A stretch of DNA of 64,000 nt from the NCBI GenBank assembly GCA_039030515.1, contig JBCCEA010000007.1:70920-134919 (forward strand), given 5' to 3'. Positions 30,031 to 40,925 of the stretch are shown piece by piece. Origin of the DNA: Myxococcota bacterium (GTDB taxonomy: Bacteria > Myxococcota_A > Polyangia > Polyangiales > Houyiibacteriaceae). How positions within the stretch are numbered: the stretch's first letter is position 1; each line of letters begins with the position of its first letter. A program made the position numbers and the translations under genes. The notes beneath the pieces are model-generated. The model did not search any database and had not been told where the DNA came from. It saw nothing but the letters and a program-made list of their open reading frames with translations.

Positions 30031-30723
30031 CTAGGGGTGGCGTATGTCTGATTCGATCAGCCCGTCGCGCATCGAGACTTCTCTCGGCATCCGCTTTGCC
30101 AATTCTTGAGAATGGGTCACGAGCAAGAAGGTAGTACCTCGCTCGGCATTCAATCGGCACATCAGGTCGTGCACTTGTTCGCTGGTTGCCGTGTCCAGGT
30201 TTCCGGTCGGTTCGTCTGCCAGAACGACGCTTGGCTGCATGAGAAGTGCACGAGCGAGCGCTACCCGTTGCTGTTCGCCGCCAGACAGCTCGGCAGGCCG
30301 ATGGCTGAGCCGGTGCTCGAGGCCCACCTCCTCCAGCAGTAGTGTGGCTCTACGCCGCGCTTCGCGCTTCGCGCCTCCTTGGATCAAACCCGGCATCATG
30401 ACGTTTTCGAGGGCGGTGAAGTCGGGCAGAAGATGATGAAATTGGAAGACGAAACCGATGCTCTGGTTGCGGAATCTGGCGAGTTGACTGCCGGAAAATC
30501 TCGTAACGTCCTGCCCTCCGTAGAGGATGCGTCCACTCGAAGGAAGGTCGAGCGTTCCCAGCAGATGCAAGAGTGTGCTCTTTCCGGTGCCGGAAGCGCC
30601 GACAACGCACACCATCTCGCCCTGTTCGATCCTCAGATCGACGCCCTTGAGCACTTCGACGTCACGCCCCTGATGCTTGAAGCTTCGGTGGACGTTTTCT
30701 ACCACCACGAGTTCTCGAGTCAC
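30031..30723 (-). CDS. lolD: Lipoprotein-releasing ABC transporter ATPase
   Basis: [46 protein letters not shown]. Confidence 0.92.
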   Translation of the reverse strand: MTRELVVVENVHRSFKHQGRDVEVLKGVDLRIEQGEMVCVVGASGTGKSTLLHLLGTLDLPSSGRILYGGQDVTRFSGSQLARFRNQSIGFVFQFHHLLPDFTALENVMMPGLIQGGAKREARRRATLLLEEVGLEHRLSHRPAELSGGEQQRVALARALLMQPSVVLADEPTGNLDTATSEQVHDLMCRLNAERGTTFLLVTHSQELAKRMPREVSMRDGLIESDIRHP

Positions 30724-30744
30724 CTAACGATCTCTCTTCCTAAT

Positions 30745-33105
30745 TCAGTCGTAACGCACAGCGTCTAAAGGTCGTACCTTGCTGGCGAGAAGTGCGGGGG
30801 AGATGGTGGCGAGAAGGCACACGACTGCGGAAGAAAGGCCGACCAACCCGAACTCGGTGGCGTCGAGGTGCACCGGAAGACGGTCGATGTAGTAGACTTG
30901 TGGATCCATCGTGATGCCGAAATTTTGGGCGGCAAAACATACGACAAATCCGAATCCCAGGCCGATCAGCGATCCGAGCAAACCGATCATGAGCCCTTCG
31001 CCGAGAAAGATCGCCACGATAGAGCGTTTGGTTGTCCCCATAGCTTGAAGAATGCCGACCTCCCGACTCTTTTCTTGCACCATGAGTGTGAGGGTCCCAA
31101 ACACACAAAAGCCGGCAACCATGATCGCTATTCCCAAGGTGATGAACATGGCGAGTTTTTCGAGTGCGAGCGCGCCAAATAGTTGCTGATTGACCTCTTG
31201 CCAATCTTGCACCAACAACTCCGGTTGTACTCGTGAGAGAGAATTTCTGACCTGCGCCGCTGTTTCCGGAGCGCGGTCTACGTCTTCAACTTTGACCTCG
31301 ATTCGACTCACGGTGTCTCCGGTACCTAAGAAGCCCTGAGCGGTGTGGAGCGTAATATATGCATGTTTCATGTCGTATTCGTACATGCCGCTGTAGAAGA
31401 TCCCCGCTACCCGAAAGGGGCGTGATTTGGGCATGGGTCCGGATGGGCCTAGATCTCCAAAGGGGGAAACGACATTGACCTCATCTCCCACGTAGAGTCG
31501 GAGGACCCTTGCGAGCTCTTGTCCAACAACGATTCCGGGCAATACCTCTGGCTCTGATCTAAAGAATTCATCTCTATCGAGATCTAGGATCGACCTGATG
31601 TCGAGTCCGTTTGAGGACGACGTATTTATCGCATCCCCTAGCTTGGCTGGCTCCTTACGCCCTGACCGCTCAAGTCTTTTGTCCTCCTGAGCTTTGCTGG
31701 ATTCGACTGGTTTTGGCAGCCAGGAGCTCCTTTGGCATGGACGAAAAGCCGACCCGCGTTCCTCCGGGTCAATTTCGAGCAGAAGCGCGGGGCGAGAGAG
31801 GTAGTCCAGCTTGCCGCACACCAGGTTTTCTTTGAGATCGCTGACGGAGTCTATGCTGATCGGATCGATGCCTCGCAGGAGTGCTCCTGCTAAATTCGTA
31901 GCGCTCGAAAGCATGACCTCGCCGGTGAGCACAGGAGTGGCGCCCACAACCCCGTTTGTTTCTTTGACCGTGACCAACGTCTCAGACCAGCCATCGAAAG
32001 TTTGGCGGCGACCTTTTTGAACCACGACGTGGGCGTTGTTGCCGAGAATCTTCTGTTTGAGATCGTCACGGAATCCACCCATGACGCTGAGCGTCGTTGT
32101 AAGCGAACAGGAAGAAAAGGCGACTGCGAGTATTGAGAGTGTCCCGATGGTGGTGAGAAAGCCGCTCTTTTTGGCTCGAAGGTGCCGTGCTGCAACCATC
32201 GCCCCAAAGTTCGTATTCTCGATCAGGTTGAGCGCGATCGGCAGGCACCAGAGTCCGAGGCGCCCGGCAAAGAGGATCGATACCGCAAGTCGGATGCTCG
32301 CCAGGCGCAATAGGAAGCTGCTTTCGTCCTCGGTGCCAGAATCCCATGCCCAGATGCCGGCCGAATCTGCGTTCGGAAGTAGAGGAAACGCTATCGACAC
32401 GAATACAAAAGCGATAAAGAGCGCCGCGTCGAGGGAGCGAACTACGCCGCTGCGAACGAATGGCGGCAAGAGCGACCAGCAAGAGGCGAGGGCGCTCAAG
32501 CAAACGAGCAGCGAGCTCAGCGAGATCGGGACCAGCACTGCGTGAGCGATTTCGAGCGCTCTAGGGGCGGGAAGCGGAGCGGGTCCTAGGTCGAGAAGCG
32601 GTACACTTGAGAACGAAGCCCACTGTTGAATTGCCTCGGTTCCGGCGGTGAAGAGGAGGAGCGATACTGACGTGCAGGAGGCGATGCAGTGGATCAGCGC
32701 AGATCCAGCGGCGGTCGCCAGTCGAGTGCGAGCTGGGGCGCTGCGGCCGAGCCGGCGACTCCAATAAAGCGCAAGCGCTGCGGCTGCCGCAAGAAGCGCT
32801 GTTGCCGGGCCGAGAATAGCCCACCAATTGATCCAGGCGAGTGCCCATCGATATCCGTACTCGATCGCGGAATCAAAAAGTCCCGAAGTCGCCGCAGTCG
32901 GGCTCGCTACCTGCGCGTAGAAGGAGAGGCTCCCCGCGTAGATGAACGCAGCGAATGCAAAAATAGCTGTGATGAGGAGGGTTCTTCTGGGCAAGCCCGA
33001 GACATCCTCCATGGAGTTTCGAGGTCTAGATACCCCGAGAGCGACTTGTTCGGCCTCGGCGGGTCTTACGTTTGTTTCTGAGGCCTCTCCGTCGGAGTTG
33101 CGCAT
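30745..33105 (-). CDS. Lipoprotein-releasing ABC permease (LolC/E) with about 300 aa extra N-terminal membrane region
   Basis: RHLRAKKSGF, SVMGGF, GIFYSGMYEYD, ALALEK, EIG-like EVGILQAMG, VYYIDRLPV; between lysS and lolD. Confidence 0.9.
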   Translation of the reverse strand: MRNSDGEASETNVRPAEAEQVALGVSRPRNSMEDVSGLPRRTLLITAIFAFAAFIYAGSLSFYAQVASPTAATSGLFDSAIEYGYRWALAWINWWAILGPATALLAAAAALALYWSRRLGRSAPARTRLATAAGSALIHCIASCTSVSLLLFTAGTEAIQQWASFSSVPLLDLGPAPLPAPRALEIAHAVLVPISLSSLLVCLSALASCWSLLPPFVRSGVVRSLDAALFIAFVFVSIAFPLLPNADSAGIWAWDSGTEDESSFLLRLASIRLAVSILFAGRLGLWCLPIALNLIENTNFGAMVAARHLRAKKSGFLTTIGTLSILAVAFSSCSLTTTLSVMGGFRDDLKQKILGNNAHVVVQKGRRQTFDGWSETLVTVKETNGVVGATPVLTGEVMLSSATNLAGALLRGIDPISIDSVSDLKENLVCGKLDYLSRPALLLEIDPEERGSAFRPCQRSSWLPKPVESSKAQEDKRLERSGRKEPAKLGDAINTSSSNGLDIRSILDLDRDEFFRSEPEVLPGIVVGQELARVLRLYVGDEVNVVSPFGDLGPSGPMPKSRPFRVAGIFYSGMYEYDMKHAYITLHTAQGFLGTGDTVSRIEVKVEDVDRAPETAAQVRNSLSRVQPELLVQDWQEVNQQLFGALALEKLAMFITLGIAIMVAGFCVFGTLTLMVQEKSREVGILQAMGTTKRSIVAIFLGEGLMIGLLGSLIGLGFGFVVCFAAQNFGITMDPQVYYIDRLPVHLDATEFGLVGLSSAVVCLLATISPALLASKVRPLDAVRYD

Positions 33106-34796
33106 CAGACCTCCGGACGCAGCAGGGGAAAGAGCAGCACGTCTCGAATAGAGTGTTGACCGCAGAGCGTCATCACCAGTCGATCAATACCCAATCCAAG
33201 TCCCGCGGCCGGTGGCATGCCGATCGAAAGAGCGCGTATGTAGTCGGCGTCATAGTCCATCGCTTCCTCATCTCCACCTTGTCGCGACGCTACCTGAGCG
33301 CGAAAGCGTTCTTCTTGATCCACCGGGTCATTGAGCTCGCTGAAGGCATTTGCGATCTCTCGGCCCTCGATAAAGAGCTCGAATCGGTCGACCCAACGAG
33401 GATCGATATCGCTCTTACGCGAAAGTGGTGAAGTCTCTAAAGGGTACTCGGTAATGAATACAGGTAGAGATCGAGTGCCGTCGCTGGTGCGATAGAGATG
33501 CGGCAGAAAAGGTTCCACCAAAAGCTCGTACAGCAAAAATATCCGCTCGCCGTGACTCTTGGTTTTGCGAAGCAGTGCCGCATCTGGTCCCGGCAGCGCC
33601 GCTCCGGCTTTTTCGCAGAGTCGTTCTAGTGTCTCCGGTTCATTTAGGGAGTTTTCGTCGAGTGGGTCAAAAGGGGTTTGCGGGATGTCTTTTTCTCCAG
33701 AGCGCTGAATGCGGTCGACGATGGCTTCTCTCATGGTCACGCGAGCGAACGGCTCTTCAAGTTCGAAGGTTTGGTTCGCGGTGAGTTCTGGATAGGCTTC
33801 GCGCACCTCATTATTCACCGCTTGGAACATCGTTTCAGTGAGCGCCATGAGGTCTTCGTAGGTGGCGTACGCCCGATAGAGTTCGAGCATAGTGAACTCG
33901 GGGTTGTGTCGGGTACTGATGCCTTCGTTTCTAAAGTTGCGCCCTATTTCATATACTCTGTCAAAACCGCCAACGAGCAGCCTCTTGAGATACAGTTCAG
34001 GTGCAATGCGCAAAAAGAGATCGAGGTCGAGCGCGTTGTGATGTGTTGAAAACGGCTTGGCCGTGGCTCCGCCTCGTACCTGGTGCAACATCGGTGTTTC
34101 CACTTCGAGGAAGTCTCTCGTCTCGAGAAAATTGCGGAGCGTTGAGATGATCTGTGAGCGTGCCCGAAACACCTGCCCCACGTTCGGATTGGCCCAGAGG
34201 TCGACATATCGTTCGCGATATCGCTTCTCTACGCTTTTCAGACCTGACCATTTTGCAGGGGGCGGTAGTACGGCCTTGCTCAGATGGAAATACCGACGTG
34301 CATGCACCGCCGCGTCGCCACTTTTGGTCTGAACCGCTACCCCTTCCACTCCCGCGTGATCGCCAAGATCACATAGCTTCAAGGCTTTTTGCTCTGCTTC
34401 GGTGAGCTCTCCTTTGATCACCAAAGCTTGGGCATCTCCATAAGGGGTCCGGAACACCAGAAATGGTCCGCGCTTGGCGATGACCCGTCCGTAGAGAGTG
34501 ATCTGCGGTCCTTTGTCCGGATGGACAGGTAGACTGCGGCGCCGCTCATGATCTTGCGCGAGTTCTACAAATGCTTTTCGGGCTTGCTCCACCTCGGGAG
34601 TGCACTCCAAGACGTCGTTGGGCCAGGCGTGCAGACCAAGCTCGCGAAGTTTCTGGGCCTTGGCGAGACGGGTGGTTCGGAGTTCTTCTTCGCTTGCCAC
34701 TTTGTGATTGCTCCGGTGGACTTCCGTCTCGATCAATTTCGGGATCGAAGCGGAATTGGTTCGGTCGAGGATCGAGGAACCGTGTCGATTCGACAT
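33105..34796 (-). CDS. lysS: Lysine--tRNA ligase (class II)
   Basis: [47 protein letters not shown]. Confidence 0.98.
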   Translation of the reverse strand: MSNRHGSSILDRTNSASIPKLIETEVHRSNHKVASEEELRTTRLAKAQKLRELGLHAWPNDVLECTPEVEQARKAFVELAQDHERRRSLPVHPDKGPQITLYGRVIAKRGPFLVFRTPYGDAQALVIKGELTEAEQKALKLCDLGDHAGVEGVAVQTKSGDAAVHARRYFHLSKAVLPPPAKWSGLKSVEKRYRERYVDLWANPNVGQVFRARSQIISTLRNFLETRDFLEVETPMLHQVRGGATAKPFSTHHNALDLDLFLRIAPELYLKRLLVGGFDRVYEIGRNFRNEGISTRHNPEFTMLELYRAYATYEDLMALTETMFQAVNNEVREAYPELTANQTFELEEPFARVTMREAIVDRIQRSGEKDIPQTPFDPLDENSLNEPETLERLCEKAGAALPGPDAALLRKTKSHGERIFLLYELLVEPFLPHLYRTSDGTRSLPVFITEYPLETSPLSRKSDIDPRWVDRFELFIEGREIANAFSELNDPVDQEERFRAQVASRQGGDEEAMDYDADYIRALSIGMPPAAGLGLGIDRLVMTLCGQHSIRDVLLFPLLRPEV

Positions 34797-34808
34797 GGAT
34801 GAGGAGGT

Positions 34809-35958
34809 TCAAATGCTGTCTGAACCGTCCTCGGTATCGGTTTGTTTGTTGGCGTTCATGAGCAGGAACGCTTCGATGAACTCGTGAATGCTTCCATCGA
34901 GTACTGCGGCGACATTGCCTGTTTTATGCTCGGTACGCTCATCTTTCACCATCGTGTAAGGATGCATGGTGTAGGTGCGTACCTGAGATCCGAAGGCGAT
35001 ATCTTTATCGTCGGGTGCGTAAGCGTCTTCGAAGGCAGCTTCGCGCTCACTGCGCGCCTTTTCGTAGAGGGTGCCTCGGAGAATTTTCAAGGCTGTGGCT
35101 CGGTTCTGATGCTGACTGCGCTCTGCTTGGCATTTGATCACGATTCCCGTGGGAAGATGGGTGAGTCGCACGGCGGATTCAGTTTTGTTGACGTGCTGAC
35201 CGCCAGCGCCACCGGAACGCATAGTCTGCCAGTCCAACTCCTCGGGTTTGATCTCGATTTCTCCAACCTCATCGTCGAGATCGGGTACCACTGCGACCGA
35301 GGCAAAGGCCGTATGCCTGCGGGCGTTCGCATCAAAGGGGCTGATCCGAATCAACCGGTGCACGCCATTTTCAGCCCTGAGAAAGCCATAAGCGTTGAGG
35401 CCTCGGACGACAAACTGAGCGTCCTTGATCCCCGCTTCTCCTCCGGGTTGTTGGTCGAGCACCTCGGTTTTGAGGCCGCGATTTTCGCAATACCTGAGGT
35501 ACATGCGCAGCAGCATTTCCGCCCAGTCCATCGCATCGACTCCACCGGCGCCTGGGTGGATGTGCACGATCGCATCGGACTTGTCCTCGGGACCAGAGAG
35601 CATCCTCTGTAGCTCTAGTTCCCTGAGTCGCTGTTCAAGCTGTGGGAGCTGAGACGCCACTTCATGCAAGAGCTGCTCGTCTTCCTCCTCGGCAGCCAAC
35701 TCTAGGAGCTCGAGAAGATCGGGGATCTCAGCAGAGAGAGACTCTAGAGACTGCATGAGTTCCTCTGCGGCTGCGCGCTCTCTCAGTACCCCTTGAGCCG
35801 CGTTCTGGTCGCTCCAGAAGTCCTCGGCCATCGTGAGGTTGGTGAGGCGCTCGACCCGATGCCGTAAACCTTCGACGTCAAAGATACCTCCCCAGCACCT
35901 GATGGCGCTGCGCGAGGTCTTGCAGGTATTCCCTACTCTCACTCACGGACGTGCCCAT
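34809..35958 (-). CDS. prfB: Peptide chain release factor 2 (programmed +1 frameshift)
   Basis: First frame ATG 35958 MGTSVSESREYLQDLAQRHQVLGRYL*, then +1 frame DVEGL...; SPF and GGQ motifs. Confidence 0.97.
35877..35892 (-). promoter_or_regulatory. prfB frameshift cassette
   Basis: GGGAGG-TAT-CTT-TGA-C: internal SD, slippery codon, weak stop. Confidence 0.96.
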
Positions 35959-36066
35959 AGAATAACGCTCCCCGAAAGGCCCGGGCTAACCTGGACTCGA
36001 GGCTTTGTCAACGCTCCAGGCCACCCCTGCGTGTGGAACCCGTCGCTCGCTGTGGACAGTCTCCTT

Positions 36067-37077
36067 TTACTGACACGTACCCAAGGTCACGCCCGAGAAG
36101 GTCACCGTGCCAGGTGAGAGAGGTTGGCAGAGTTCTCCGGGAGCGCATTCAAACCCTTGGGTGACGCAATACCGACGGCAAGAGCCGGAAACACACCTGT
36201 GCTCGCTTGCGCAGTCGTTGTGCGTGCTGCAGCCGGCGCCGGCAGTCCCCGTGCCGATCGTTCCGCGACAATCCGTGTGGTGAACAGCAGAGCCGTTTGC
36301 TTGGGACGTGTAGACATCGCATTTTGTATCCGCAGGGCATTTTCCTACTCGTCCCGGAGTCGAGCGGTTGTTCTCGTCGTTCACCGGATCGCAGGAAAAT
36401 GAGCAGACCCGGATACCCGCAATCTGTTCGCCTTGCTCTGCAAAGAGTTCGAAAGGCACGACGCATCGCGTGCCCACAGAGGTCGGACAGTCTCCATCGC
36501 TTTCGCAATAGGGCGTGCATGCCCCGGCGTATCCCACGTCTACATCGTGACATGCGAATCCGGCATCGCACTGAGCGGACTCAGCACAAGGTTCGCCCAT
36601 ATGCTTATCGCCGCGCCCCACGCACGCGCGCGCTCCACCGCTTCCCACTACGCAGGCATCTCCGGGACTGCACCCGCATTGAGGCCACGCCAACTTGCAG
36701 GTATCCACCGAGCACGCCTGAGCGCAGCCGGAGAGTCTAGAGCAGGTTTGACCTGGCCCACAGCGCCCGTTGTTCGGGCTGAATTCGCAGCTCACGGTTC
36801 CCCCCGAATCCGTGCAAAGGTCTTCTGTGCAGTCGATCCCGTCGTCGCATGCCGAGGTGCCTGCAGTGCATACCTCGTTGTCGCAGGTCTCGGCTCCGTT
36901 GCACGCATCACCGTCATCGCAGTCGGACGCGCTGAAGCAGCCACCTTTTGGCGTCTCCACCAAGGGTGCATTTCGCTCAGAATGGCTTGGATCCTCCGGG
37001 CTGCTCTCGATTGCGGTGCCTTCAGAGGTGCACGAGATGGCGAAAGCACCTAAGAGAAATAGCTGAGCAGTTCGCAT
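36067..37077 (-). CDS. Cys-rich lipoprotein
   Basis: MRTAQLFLLGAFAISC lipobox; CDDGDACNGAETC, CDDGIDCTEDLC, PQCGC repeats. Confidence 0.8.
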   Translation of the reverse strand: MRTAQLFLLGAFAISCTSEGTAIESSPEDPSHSERNAPLVETPKGGCFSASDCDDGDACNGAETCDNEVCTAGTSACDDGIDCTEDLCTDSGGTVSCEFSPNNGRCGPGQTCSRLSGCAQACSVDTCKLAWPQCGCSPGDACVVGSGGARACVGRGDKHMGEPCAESAQCDAGFACHDVDVGYAGACTPYCESDGDCPTSVGTRCVVPFELFAEQGEQIAGIRVCSFSCDPVNDENNRSTPGRVGKCPADTKCDVYTSQANGSAVHHTDCRGTIGTGTAGAGCSTHNDCASEHRCVSGSCRRYCVTQGFECAPGELCQPLSPGTVTFSGVTLGTCQ

Positions 37078-37357
37078 GATCAGGCATTGGCTTCGCGGAT
37101 AGCCCGAAGAATTCTGAGCGATCGTCTGATTCTGTCCGGTCTCACAGGCACGATCGGCATTCCATCCAGGAGAGCGGTTCGGACTAGGGTCGCTGCCCGA
37201 GTTGAAGAAAGTCAAAGCCGACCCACCTGTGTGTTCTGGAAACGAGATGATTCAAAAGTGACTCTCCTTGCAGTCTTGTGCAACTGGAAGCGGTCTTCGA
37301 AACTCTCCTGTGACGATCGGCCGGCTTTGGTGCGCTCCTCAAGAAGCTGTGGGCCAC

Positions 37358-37789
37358 CTAATATCGCTTTCGACTGCCGAGCAACTGCTCGTAAATATGC
37401 TCTCCTAGACTGTCGATCATGAGTTTTTCGACTAAATTTTCGATTCGATGGCGATCGGCCTCCGACTGATACACAAAGCCAATCCCCATGCCCGGATCCT
37501 GACCTTCTGTGAGGTCTTCGGGTCTGACAATCCATTGAACTCGTCCATGCAGCTCAAGCGGCTCTTCGAGGTTCGGAATCACGAGCTTGAAGGTAAACTC
37601 GGTCCCTATGTTCAATGGTTTTTCGGTGCGGATGAATGTCCCGCCCTGACCGATGTTCTTGGTGTAGTCGGCAAAGAACGAGTTGAGTCGCTTGTATTCC
37701 ACCCTCAGTTCGATCGGGGTTCGGAGCTGCCTCCTGCGTTCTTCAAAGTAGGAGCGTTCTTCGGGCTTCTCTTCGGGTGTTTCGTCCAT
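37358..37789 (-). CDS. PilZ domain protein (TIGR02266 myxobacterial type)
   Basis: RRQLR (RxxxR), NIGQGGTFIRT, PGMGIGF. Confidence 0.9.
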   Translation of the reverse strand: MDETPEEKPEERSYFEERRRQLRTPIELRVEYKRLNSFFADYTKNIGQGGTFIRTEKPLNIGTEFTFKLVIPNLEEPLELHGRVQWIVRPEDLTEGQDPGMGIGFVYQSEADRHRIENLVEKLMIDSLGEHIYEQLLGSRKRY

Positions 37790-37934
37790 ACATGCCGAGT
37801 TCTTATTGTGCCTGTAAAGTTACGACGTAGTCTCGCGAAATCGGAGCGGGGTCGCGAAATCGGAGATTCTCCGGGTAAAAGAAGTGTTCGGCTAGGTCTC
37901 CACGCTGGCGTTCCGGGGCATTTGGTGGAGTAGC

Positions 37935-37963
37935 TTGACTCAATACGGAACAAAGTTTAGTTT
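37935..37963 (+). promoter_or_regulatory. Putative sigma70 promoter
   Basis: TTGACT-17 nt-TAGTTT upstream of the S1-domain gene. Confidence 0.55.
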
Positions 37964-38037
37964 TCCGGGCCCTGCGGCTGGACAGGTCACACTAAAGTCT
38001 TCCAAAGGTGCGAATACATCGTTGAAAGGCGTCTGAA

Positions 38038-40428
38038 GTGTCAAAAACCGACACATATCGCGATGATGGACGTCATTTGCGTCCGGAACAGCACATCGAT
38101 TCATCCGAAACCTCGGAACCCCAAACCGCTTCTGCTTCGTTCTGCGAAGCAGCGACCGACGGCACTTCCTTGCCGGTCGCGGAGACTACCACCATGACAT
38201 CTCCCCCGTCTGAACCCGCTTCTGAAACGATCGAAGCGACATCCTCCGCTACCAATTCAAGCCCCGACGGCAGTTCAGGGGAGCCCATCCAGGAGGCGTC
38301 CCCTACCGTGTCTGGCGGCGAATACAAAACGGTTGATGGATTGGCTGCTGCAGACGGAGTCGAACCAACTTCTGAGTCTGACGCGGATGGTGTGCCGCCG
38401 AAAGCGAGCTCCGGCGCTGCTTCGGCCGATGACGCTGCTGCGAGCGCGGGGGATGCGGTGGAGAAAACCGTCCAAGCCAATGCGTCTGAAGAAGGTGCGG
38501 AAAAAAAGAAGCGTAAGCGGCGCAAGAGAAAGAAGAAAAAGAACGAGGAGAGTCTGGAACAAAGAGCCAACACGCTCCCCTTCTCCAGCTACTTCGAGGG
38601 TCATTCCGGTGCACGTCGGAGCCCTTTCGCACTAGGAGAGGCGGTCGCGGGGGTCGTTAAGTCGACGGAAGGCGGAACCATCTTACTGGATCTGTTCGGT
38701 CGGGCTGCTGCTGTGGTGGATGTGGCCGAGCCGAGGGAAGTGCCCCCGCTGCCGGATTCGTCCGCAACCGAGAGCCAGGTGGTCGAATCATCTGCTGACC
38801 CCGGAGTGCTTCAGGTCCCGCGCCCCGAAGCGGAAGACGCATCCAGCGAGGAGCGACCGGAAGTGGGCGTCGAGAGTAGCGTCGTCGACTCGGATGAGGG
38901 TGAATCGGCATCACCACGCGCCGAGTTGTCTCCGGATGAGCATGCCGCGGCGGCAGAACCAGGGGCCATAACCGAGCTCAGTCAGACCGGCATCCACGCA
39001 GAGGAAGAACATTCTGAAGCGCACAGTCCCGCGGCAGATAGTGGCGTGACTCAGGTGGAGACTGCCCTACTTCCGGAGGCCGCTGTCGATGCTTCGGATG
39101 CTGTTGATGCGGTTGAGGAAGAGCTTCCCCCGGAGGAAGAGCTACAGCCACTAGAGCCGCCCCTGACCGGCAGCGTCTTTCGCGGTCGCATTGGCGCCAT
39201 CGCTGAAAGCGGCGATATAATTCTGCTCAACCGAACCATCGATCGGGGACTCGCCAAGAAAAGGTTGGTTGCAGCCCGCGAGGGTCGGCGCCGGGTGCGC
39301 GGAATCGTCTATGGCTTCAATCGCGGCGGCTTTGACGTACTCGTATCTGGAATCCGTACCTTCTGTCCTGCAAGCGGAATGTCGCTTGCTCCCATCGAAG
39401 ATCCCTACGCGTTTGTCGGCAAGAAACTAGAGTTTTCCGTTCCTCAAAGTCGAGCGACAGGCAGCGGGATCATCGTAAGTCGTCGAAGCATTCTCGAGCG
39501 AGAGCAGCGCAAGCACGCTCGAGAGAAGATGAAACTGCTCAAGCCGGGTGAGCGGCTCAAGGGACGGGTCATCGAAGTACGTGAATACGGATTCATCGTC
39601 GATGTGGGCGATAAAGTTGAAGGACTCGTCCACCAGAGTGAAGTTTCCTGGACCCGCGGTGTCCGGCCGGCAGATGTTGTCAAGCCCGGAGACGATGTAG
39701 AGGTCTTGGTGCTCAAGGTCACTCCCGCGACCAGAAAAGATCGCTTCGGGCGCCTTTCCCTCTCACTTCGTGCCGCACTGCCGGATCCGTGGGACGAACA
39801 GGAGGATCTACTGAAGCTCAACGCGCACCACACCGGAAAAGTTGTGGGGACCACCGAGTTTGGCGCGTTCGTAGAGCTGGCTCCGGGAATCGAGGGGCTG
39901 CTCCACATCAGTGAGCTCGGTCGGGACCTGAAACATGCAAATGCAGCGGTTTCCGAGGGTGACGAGGTTCATGTCATTATCGACCGCGTCGACCGCAAGC
40001 AGCGACGCATTTCGCTCTCGAAACTGAGTGATGCTGAAGTCGCTGCCTTGGCTTCGGGGGAGGTTGACCTCGAGAATCGTCCCAAGTCCCTCAAGCCAGG
40101 TGCCCACGTAACGGTTAAAATCGAACGGGTGGATCATGCTGGTGTGTCGGTTCAGGTGCAGGGGGTTCTCGGTAAGCGCGGACGTGGCTTTGTTGCCAAT
40201 CGCGAGCTGGGTGCTGAACAAACGGGTAAGAAGAAGCTCGAGGCAGGTCAGGAACTCACCGTCAAGATCATCGGTACGGATAGAGATGGTGGCTTGCGTT
40301 GTTCCATTCGCGCGCGGCAGCAAGATGAAGAACGCAAGGCAGTCGCGAGCTATCGGCGCGACGCAGCAAAACAAGGCCTGGGTACCTTTGGTGATTTGTT
40401 GAAGGCTAAGCTTGGTCGCGGCTCTTGA
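38038..40428 (+). CDS. RpsA-like multi-S1-domain RNA-binding protein with long acidic regions
   Basis: FCPAS, EGLVHQSEVSW, FGAFVELAPGIEGLLHISEL, RISLS, C-terminal GLGTFGDLLKAKL. Confidence 0.9.
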   Translation: MSKTDTYRDDGRHLRPEQHIDSSETSEPQTASASFCEAATDGTSLPVAETTTMTSPPSEPASETIEATSSATNSSPDGSSGEPIQEASPTVSGGEYKTVDGLAAADGVEPTSESDADGVPPKASSGAASADDAAASAGDAVEKTVQANASEEGAEKKKRKRRKRKKKKNEESLEQRANTLPFSSYFEGHSGARRSPFALGEAVAGVVKSTEGGTILLDLFGRAAAVVDVAEPREVPPLPDSSATESQVVESSADPGVLQVPRPEAEDASSEERPEVGVESSVVDSDEGESASPRAELSPDEHAAAAEPGAITELSQTGIHAEEEHSEAHSPAADSGVTQVETALLPEAAVDASDAVDAVEEELPPEEELQPLEPPLTGSVFRGRIGAIAESGDIILLNRTIDRGLAKKRLVAAREGRRRVRGIVYGFNRGGFDVLVSGIRTFCPASGMSLAPIEDPYAFVGKKLEFSVPQSRATGSGIIVSRRSILEREQRKHAREKMKLLKPGERLKGRVIEVREYGFIVDVGDKVEGLVHQSEVSWTRGVRPADVVKPGDDVEVLVLKVTPATRKDRFGRLSLSLRAALPDPWDEQEDLLKLNAHHTGKVVGTTEFGAFVELAPGIEGLLHISELGRDLKHANAAVSEGDEVHVIIDRVDRKQRRISLSKLSDAEVAALASGEVDLENRPKSLKPGAHVTVKIERVDHAGVSVQVQGVLGKRGRGFVANRELGAEQTGKKKLEAGQELTVKIIGTDRDGGLRCSIRARQQDEERKAVASYRRDAAKQGLGTFGDLLKAKLGRGS

Positions 40429-40880
40429 CTTCCCAGCGGGCCTATGTCGGCCCAAACAGCTGCTTACCTCCGATGCTCGTCGCTCAACGTACTTTAAAGT
40501 ACGCCTTCGCTCCTGCGCTTCGGGGGCGCTTGCTGTTTGGACCAACCTAGACCCGCTGGGGGGTGGTTGCTGAGTCGGCCTGAACGGCCGCTTGCCGGAG
40601 GTGCTCGTCGCTCAACGTACCTTAAGTACGCTAGTCCTCCTCGGCCCAGCGCGTCTCGATGGGTCTTAACGGCCAGCGCCCCGGAAGCACAGGAGCGCAG
40701 GAGTAGTTTGGCTACTTCAAGCTCCGAGCATGGGAGGAAAGCAGGCGTTCAGGCCTAGCGAGGCGTGCTGGGGAGCGCTTGCTGTTTGGACCAACCTAGA
40801 CCCGCTGGGGGGTGGTTGCTGAGTCGGCCTGAACGGCCGCTTGCCGGAGGTGCTGGGCGCTTGAAGGAGCGAAACTACGC
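40429..40880. repeat. Intergenic modular palindromic repeat cluster, locus B
   Basis: Units in both orientations; identical 80 bp at 40526-40605 and 40775-40854. Confidence 0.9.
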
Positions 40881-40925
40881 TTACGCTCTTTCGCTTCGAG
40901 GGCTACGGTGGCGCAAAGCGGGTTT

